From Eledone cirrhosa (lineage: Eukaryota), in the NCBI GenBank assembly GCA_964016885.1, contig OZ024756.1:29884001-29948000 (forward strand): a DNA stretch of 64,000 bases, written 5' to 3'. A program made the translations under genes and the position numbers. Shown here one piece after another: positions 57,375 to 64,000 of this stretch. Numbering within the stretch: the first letter of the stretch is position 1; each line of letters begins with the position of its first letter. Under the pieces are notes generated by a model that was given only the letters and a program-made list of their open reading frames with translations, did no database searches and had not been told where the DNA came from.

Positions 57375-57513
57375 GGGAAAACGAAAGAGAAAGAAAGTTA
57401 GAGCGGGAAAATGAGAGAAAGAGAGACTATTATAGAAATGGGGACGGGGATGGAGGGAGGTGGGAGAGAAAGAATCTGAAAGAATGGCGCCATGTTGGAG
57501 TGGTATTCTACTG

Positions 57514-57527
57514 GTTACCATGGTAAC
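57514..57527. promoter_or_regulatory. RFX X-box palindrome GTTACCATGGTAAC
   Basis: Perfect 14-bp match to GTTRCCATGGYAAC; YY1-like AATGGCGCCAT at 57483. Function untested. Confidence 0.4.
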
Positions 57528-57575
57528 ATCATAATCAATATACGAGAACAGAACGGAACGCAAGCAGAGTAATAT

Positions 57576-57609
<34 letters not shown>

Positions 57610-57619
57610 CATACATACA

Positions 57620-57656
<37 letters not shown>

Positions 57657-57763
57657 ATAATAATAAATGTGATTTTTGTTTTTTGTTTCAGAAGATCTCG
57701 TTAAAGGTGAAAGCAGCGATTCTTTGCTTAAACTTTAATCTGTTATTTTAATAAATATATATG

Positions 57764-59113
<1,350 letters not shown>

Positions 59114-59399
59114 TTTGCTTGGCAATTACAAACACTGAGCTATCATTGGCGGATTGAGAAAGACCTGACTCGGGAGAGCAACGGGGTAAGATGGTTGTAG
59201 TTGTGGAGGTAGTGGTGGTGGCGGTGGTGATGAGGATTGATTGGTGGTGATGGTGATGGTGGTACTGGTGCTGATTGTGGTGATGGATTGAAAAAATTAA
59301 AAAAACTACACGAGTTACAGAGCGTTATTCGCGGAAAATGAATATTTACGTTAATAATATTATTACAAGAGGCGTTAAAGCCAATTCACATACTTCACG

Positions 59400-60853
59400 T
59401 ACGCGTAAAAAGCAAACAGACTGTACCGCAACGCATTATATCCGAGGTTTTAACGACTCTGCGACTTCGCGTCCTTCAAGTACGCGTAAAAAGCCAACAG
59501 ACTGTACCGCAACGCATTATATCCGAGGTTTTAACGACTCTGCGACTTCGCGTCCTTCAAGTACGCGTAAAAAGCCAACAGACTGTACCGCAACGCATTA
59601 TATCCGAGGTTTTAACGACTCTGCGACTTCGCGTCCTTCAAGTACGCGTAAAAAGCCAACAGACTGTACCGCAACGCATTATATCCGAGGTTTTAACGAC
59701 TCTGCGACTTCGCGTCCTTCAAGTACGCGTAAAAAGCCAACAGACTGTACCGCAACGCATTATATCCGAGGTTTTAACGACTCTGCGACTTCGCGTCCTT
59801 CAAGTACGCGTAAAAAGCAAACAGACTGTACCGCAACGCATTATATCCGAGGTTTTAACGACTCTGCGACTTCGCGTCCTTCAAGTACGCGTAAAAAGCC
59901 AACAGACTGTACCGCAACGCATTATATCCGAGGTTTTAACGACTCTGCGACTTCGCGTCCTTCAAGTACGCGTAAAAAGCCAACAGACTGTACCGCAACG
60001 CATTATATCCGAGGTTTTAACGACTCTGCGACTTCGCATCCTTCAAGTACGCGTAAAAAGCAAACAGACTGTACCGCAACGCATTATATCCGAGGTTTTA
60101 ACGACTCTGCGACTTCGCGTCCTTCAAGTACGCGTAAAAAGCCAACAGACTGTACCGCAACGCATTATATCCGAGGTTTTAACGACTCTGCGACTTCGCG
60201 TCCTTCAAGTACGCGTAAAAAGCCAACAGACTGTACCGCAACGCATTATATCCGAGGTTTTACCGACTCTGCGACTTCGCGTCCTTCAAGTACGCGTAAA
60301 AAGCCAACAGACTGTACCGCAACGCATTATATCCGAGGTTTTAACGACTCTGCGACTTCGCATCCTTCAAGTACGCGTAAAAAGCAAACAGACTGTACCG
60401 CAACGCATTATATCCGAGGTTTTAACGACTCTGCGACTTCGCGTCCTTCAAGTACGCGTAAAAAGCCAACAGACTGTACCGCAACGCATTATATCCGAGG
60501 TTTTAACGACTCTGCGACTTCGCATCCTTCAAGTACGCGTAAAAAGCCAACAGACTGTACCGCAACGCATTATATCCGAGGTTTTAACGACTCTGCGACT
60601 TCGCGTCCTTCAAGTACGCGTAAAAAGCCAACAGACTGTACCGCAACGCATTATATCCGAGGTTTTAACGACTCTGCGACTTCGCGTCCTTCAAGTACGC
60701 GTAAAAAGCCAACAGACTGTACCGCAACGCATTATATCCGAGGTTTTAACGACTCTGCGACTTCGCGTCCTTCAAGTACGCGTAAAAAGCCAACAGACTG
60801 TACCGCAAAGTACTCTATCCGAGGTTCTAACGACTCTGCCAATTCGCCGCCTT
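59400..60853 (-). repeat. Satellite, 81-bp CpG-rich unit, about 17.5 copies, derived from the SINE A tRNA-like head
   Basis: The minus strand starts AGGCGGCGAATTGGCAGAGTCGTTAGAACCTCGGATAGAGTACTTTGCGGTA, resembling the SINE A heads at 46415 and 62118. Confidence 0.9.
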
Positions 60854-61352
60854 AGGTTATTTTTAAAAACAGCATAAACGACAAAGAACCAGAGAAAGAG
60901 TTAGATTTAAGCAGTGAAACTGATTTGCTTTAACGAACATTTCCGTAAAATTGCTGGATTCGTTCCAAAATAAACCAAAATATTGAATTCTTCATCTAAT
61001 TTGCTTATTTTAAATATACTTCTGTAGAACAGGACTTGAAAAGGTTTGACCTTTCATATAATATTGTAGACTGAAAGATGGAGAGAGAGAGCGAGAAAGG
61101 GAGAGATAGTGAGTGAGAGAGTGTGAGAAAGAAATAGAGAGAGAGAAAGAAAGAGAGAGCGAGAGAGAGCGAGAGAGAGAGAGAGGTTGAAGAATAGATA
61201 TAAAGACAAGGGATGTGTAAATATGTGGGCGTGTATGTATAAAATAAAGAGAAGAGGTGAGACAGCGAGAGAGAGAGAGCCATTGAGAAATGTGGTAGAT
61301 GTAAAGAATATATATATATATATATATGTTTGTTTGTATATATGTACATATG

Positions 61353-61477
<125 letters not shown>

Positions 61478-61489
61478 GTATATATGTAC

Positions 61490-61551
<62 letters not shown>

Positions 61552-61728
61552 GTGCTAAGAATAGACACATTGTATGGTTGAGAAATTCTATTTAACTATT
61601 TCCAAACAACCAGCCATTAGACATCCGTTCATGGTCAATGCAATTTCTCTATACACGTACATATTAATGTGAATACACGCACACACATACTCACACACAT
61701 ATATATACATACATACATTTTAAGCCTA

Positions 61729-61766
<38 letters not shown>

Positions 61767-61925
61767 AACATAATACAATATAAGCTGAAGAGGACTCCTT
61801 ATTAGGATGTAAATTCTAATACATTTATATTCATATTTCGAGATTTCATTAATTATATAACTACGAATAGTTAAGCCTCCTATATATCCTTCGGTAATGT
61901 TTCAACACCATCCTACTCATGTTAT

Positions 61926-62305
61926 CGAGTTACGGCCCTTTACGATCTGAGTTCAAATCCCGCCGAGGTTAGCTTTGCCTTTCATTCTTACGGGGTCGAT
62001 AAAATAAAGTACCAGTCACGCGCTGTGGTCGATTTAATCTCGACTCCCCACCCCTCACCCCCTCGCCCAAAATTGCTGGCCTTGTGTCTCTATAAGAAAC
62101 CATTATATACGATAATAGGCAGTGGATTGGCAGTATCGGTAGAGGGTCGGACATCATGCTTTGCTGCATAGAGTTACGTCCCTTTATGTTCTGAGTTCAA
62201 ATCCCGCTGAGGTTAACTTTGCCATTCATCCTTACGGGGGTCGATAAAATAAAGTACCAGTAATGCACTGGGGTAATTGCTGGCCTTGTGCCAAATGTAC
62301 AAACA
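61926..62305 (+). mobile_element. Two tandem SINE A copies (first is a 5'-truncated longer variant)
   Basis: Family A consensus; both are followed by CATT(A)TATATACGATAATAG. Confidence 0.9.
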
Positions 62306-62469
62306 TTTATATACGATAATAGAAATAAGGTAGTACTTAAGCAAATTAATATCTTCATGCCCACGCATGCGCAGATACGCACTCTCTTAACAATATCAAA
62401 CGATGTCTTTAATCGAGGTGACATACGGTACATTCTAAAATAAAAACTATTATTAGAAAAATGTAAAGA

Positions 62470-62732
62470 GGTGGTGGATTGGTCGTAGAATCTGTAGAGC
62501 GACGGACAATATGTTGTTGTTGTTGTTATTGTTAGTGTGGTAGTGTGGCAGTATCTGTAGAGCGTCGGACAATATGTTGTTGTTGTTATTGTTAGTGTGG
62601 TAGTGTGGTAGTATCTGTAGAGCGTCGGACAATATGTTGTTGTTGTTGTTGTTATTGTTAGTGTGGTAGTGTGGCAGTATCTGTAGAACGTCGGACAATA
62701 TGCTTTGCGGCATAGAGTTACAGCCCTTTATG
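62470..62732 (+). repeat. Tandemly repeated SINE A head (4 copies) with (TTG)n linkers
   Basis: GTGGCAGTATCTGTAGAGCGTCGGACAATATG repeated. Confidence 0.8.
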
Positions 62733-64000
62733 TATTACAAGTACAGTCAATTCGACGGGCTTCCAAACAGTTTCCGTCTACCAAATATCTTTCAGAGGAC
62801 TTGGATAGTCTCGAGTTTGCAGGAAACGTCATTTGTCTATGTACCTGTAACATGCTTTTCGTACCTTTGAATTATAAGTATAATAAATTCGGCGGGCTTC
62901 CAACGAGTCTCTGTCCACCCAATTTCTCTCAAAAGTCATTTGTTTATGATTCCCTTCACTGGGATCAAACATAAGACCTCATATTTCCGACTCGAACTTC
63001 TTCACCACTCAGCTATGCCTATAGAAATGTTTCAATGTAAACATCCAAACATCCAGTCAGAGAGGATTGCTAGCGATGATGTTTGTCATCGGTGATGGTT
63101 AATCCAAGTATACGACGGCGTGGTAGTGGTGATGGTGGTGTGGTTGTGGTGTAGTTGTGTGGTGTTGGTGGTCTGGTGGTGGTGTGGTGGTGTGGTGGTG
63201 TGGTGGTGTGGTGGTGGTGTGTTGGTGGTCTGGTGGTGGTGTGGTAGTGGTGGTGGTGGTGTGGTTGGTGGTGTGGTGGTGGTGTGGTGGTGTGGTGGTG
63301 GTGTGGTGGTGTGGTGGTGGTGGTGTGTTGGTGGTCTGGTGGTGGTGTGGTAGTGGTGGTGGTGTGGTTGTGTGGTGGTGTGGTGGCGGTGTGGTGGTGT
63401 GGTGGTGTGGTGGTGGTGTGGTGGTGTAGTTGTGTGGTGTTGGTGGTCTGGTGGTGGTGTGGTGGTGTGGTGGTGGTGTGTTGGTGGTCTGGTGGTGGTG
63501 TGGTAGTGGTGGTGGTGGTGTGGTGGTATTGTGGTTGTGTGGTGGTGTGGTGTTGGTGGTCTGGTGGTGGTGTGGTGATGTGGTGGTGGTGTGTTGGTGG
63601 TCTGGTAGTGGTGTGGTAGTGGTGGTGTGGTTGTGTGGTGGTGTGGTGGTGTGGTGGTGGTGTGGTGGTGTGGTGGTGGTGTGGTGGTGGTGTGGTGGTG
63701 GTGTTGATGGTTAATAAAACATTACGTGGCGCCATTAACACAAACACGCTCTCAGAGACAGAGTCACTCACATACACACACACATACACATATATATGTA
63801 TATATGTGTGTATGTGTGCGTGTTTGCATATGTATATATATATATATATATATACGCATACACATTCATACGTACAGATAGATATATCTCTTCAATATAC
63901 ATACCTATATGTACACACATTCACATATTTCCAAGAATCCATCCATCCATATATATATATATGCATACATCCATACATATATATATATATATATATATAT

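Noticed and set aside
59338-60855. 505-aa repeat protein
   Set aside because: Array derives from a SINE head on the opposite strand; the open frame is explained by the unit length.
61783-61920. Hammerhead at CTGAAGAGGAC
   Set aside because: No correctly placed GAAA or stem III on the same strand.

Overview
This is AT-rich animal DNA saturated with microsatellites. The SINE families and simple-repeat content suggest an octopod cephalopod (inference). No host gene can be called firmly, and nearly all listed ORFs are microsatellite translation artefacts. Recognisable coding sequence comes from retrotransposons: a 5'-truncated, frameshifted CRE-type RT+RLE element (37.85-40.37 kb), two Penelope-like element (PLE) fragments (30.2-30.9 kb and 57.9-59.1 kb), and short 3' ends of Tx1-, CR1-, R4/Dong- and RTE-like LINEs. 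The window also holds about 12 copies of a tRNA-derived Meta-type SINE, a second SINE family, several MITEs, a Helitron-like end, and three satellites (65, 60 and 81 bp units). The most notable pattern is a set of short inserts in (TA)n tracts, from several unrelated sequence families. Most are built as a fold-back inverted repeat plus a one-sided tail, and many carry a complete or partial minimal type I hammerhead ribozyme at or near the hairpin apex. One ~323-bp, highly structured unit with a 47-bp terminal redundancy and an intact hammerhead (47.36-47.73 kb) looks like a retrozyme or circular-RNA retrocopy. All coordinates were read by eye and are approximate.
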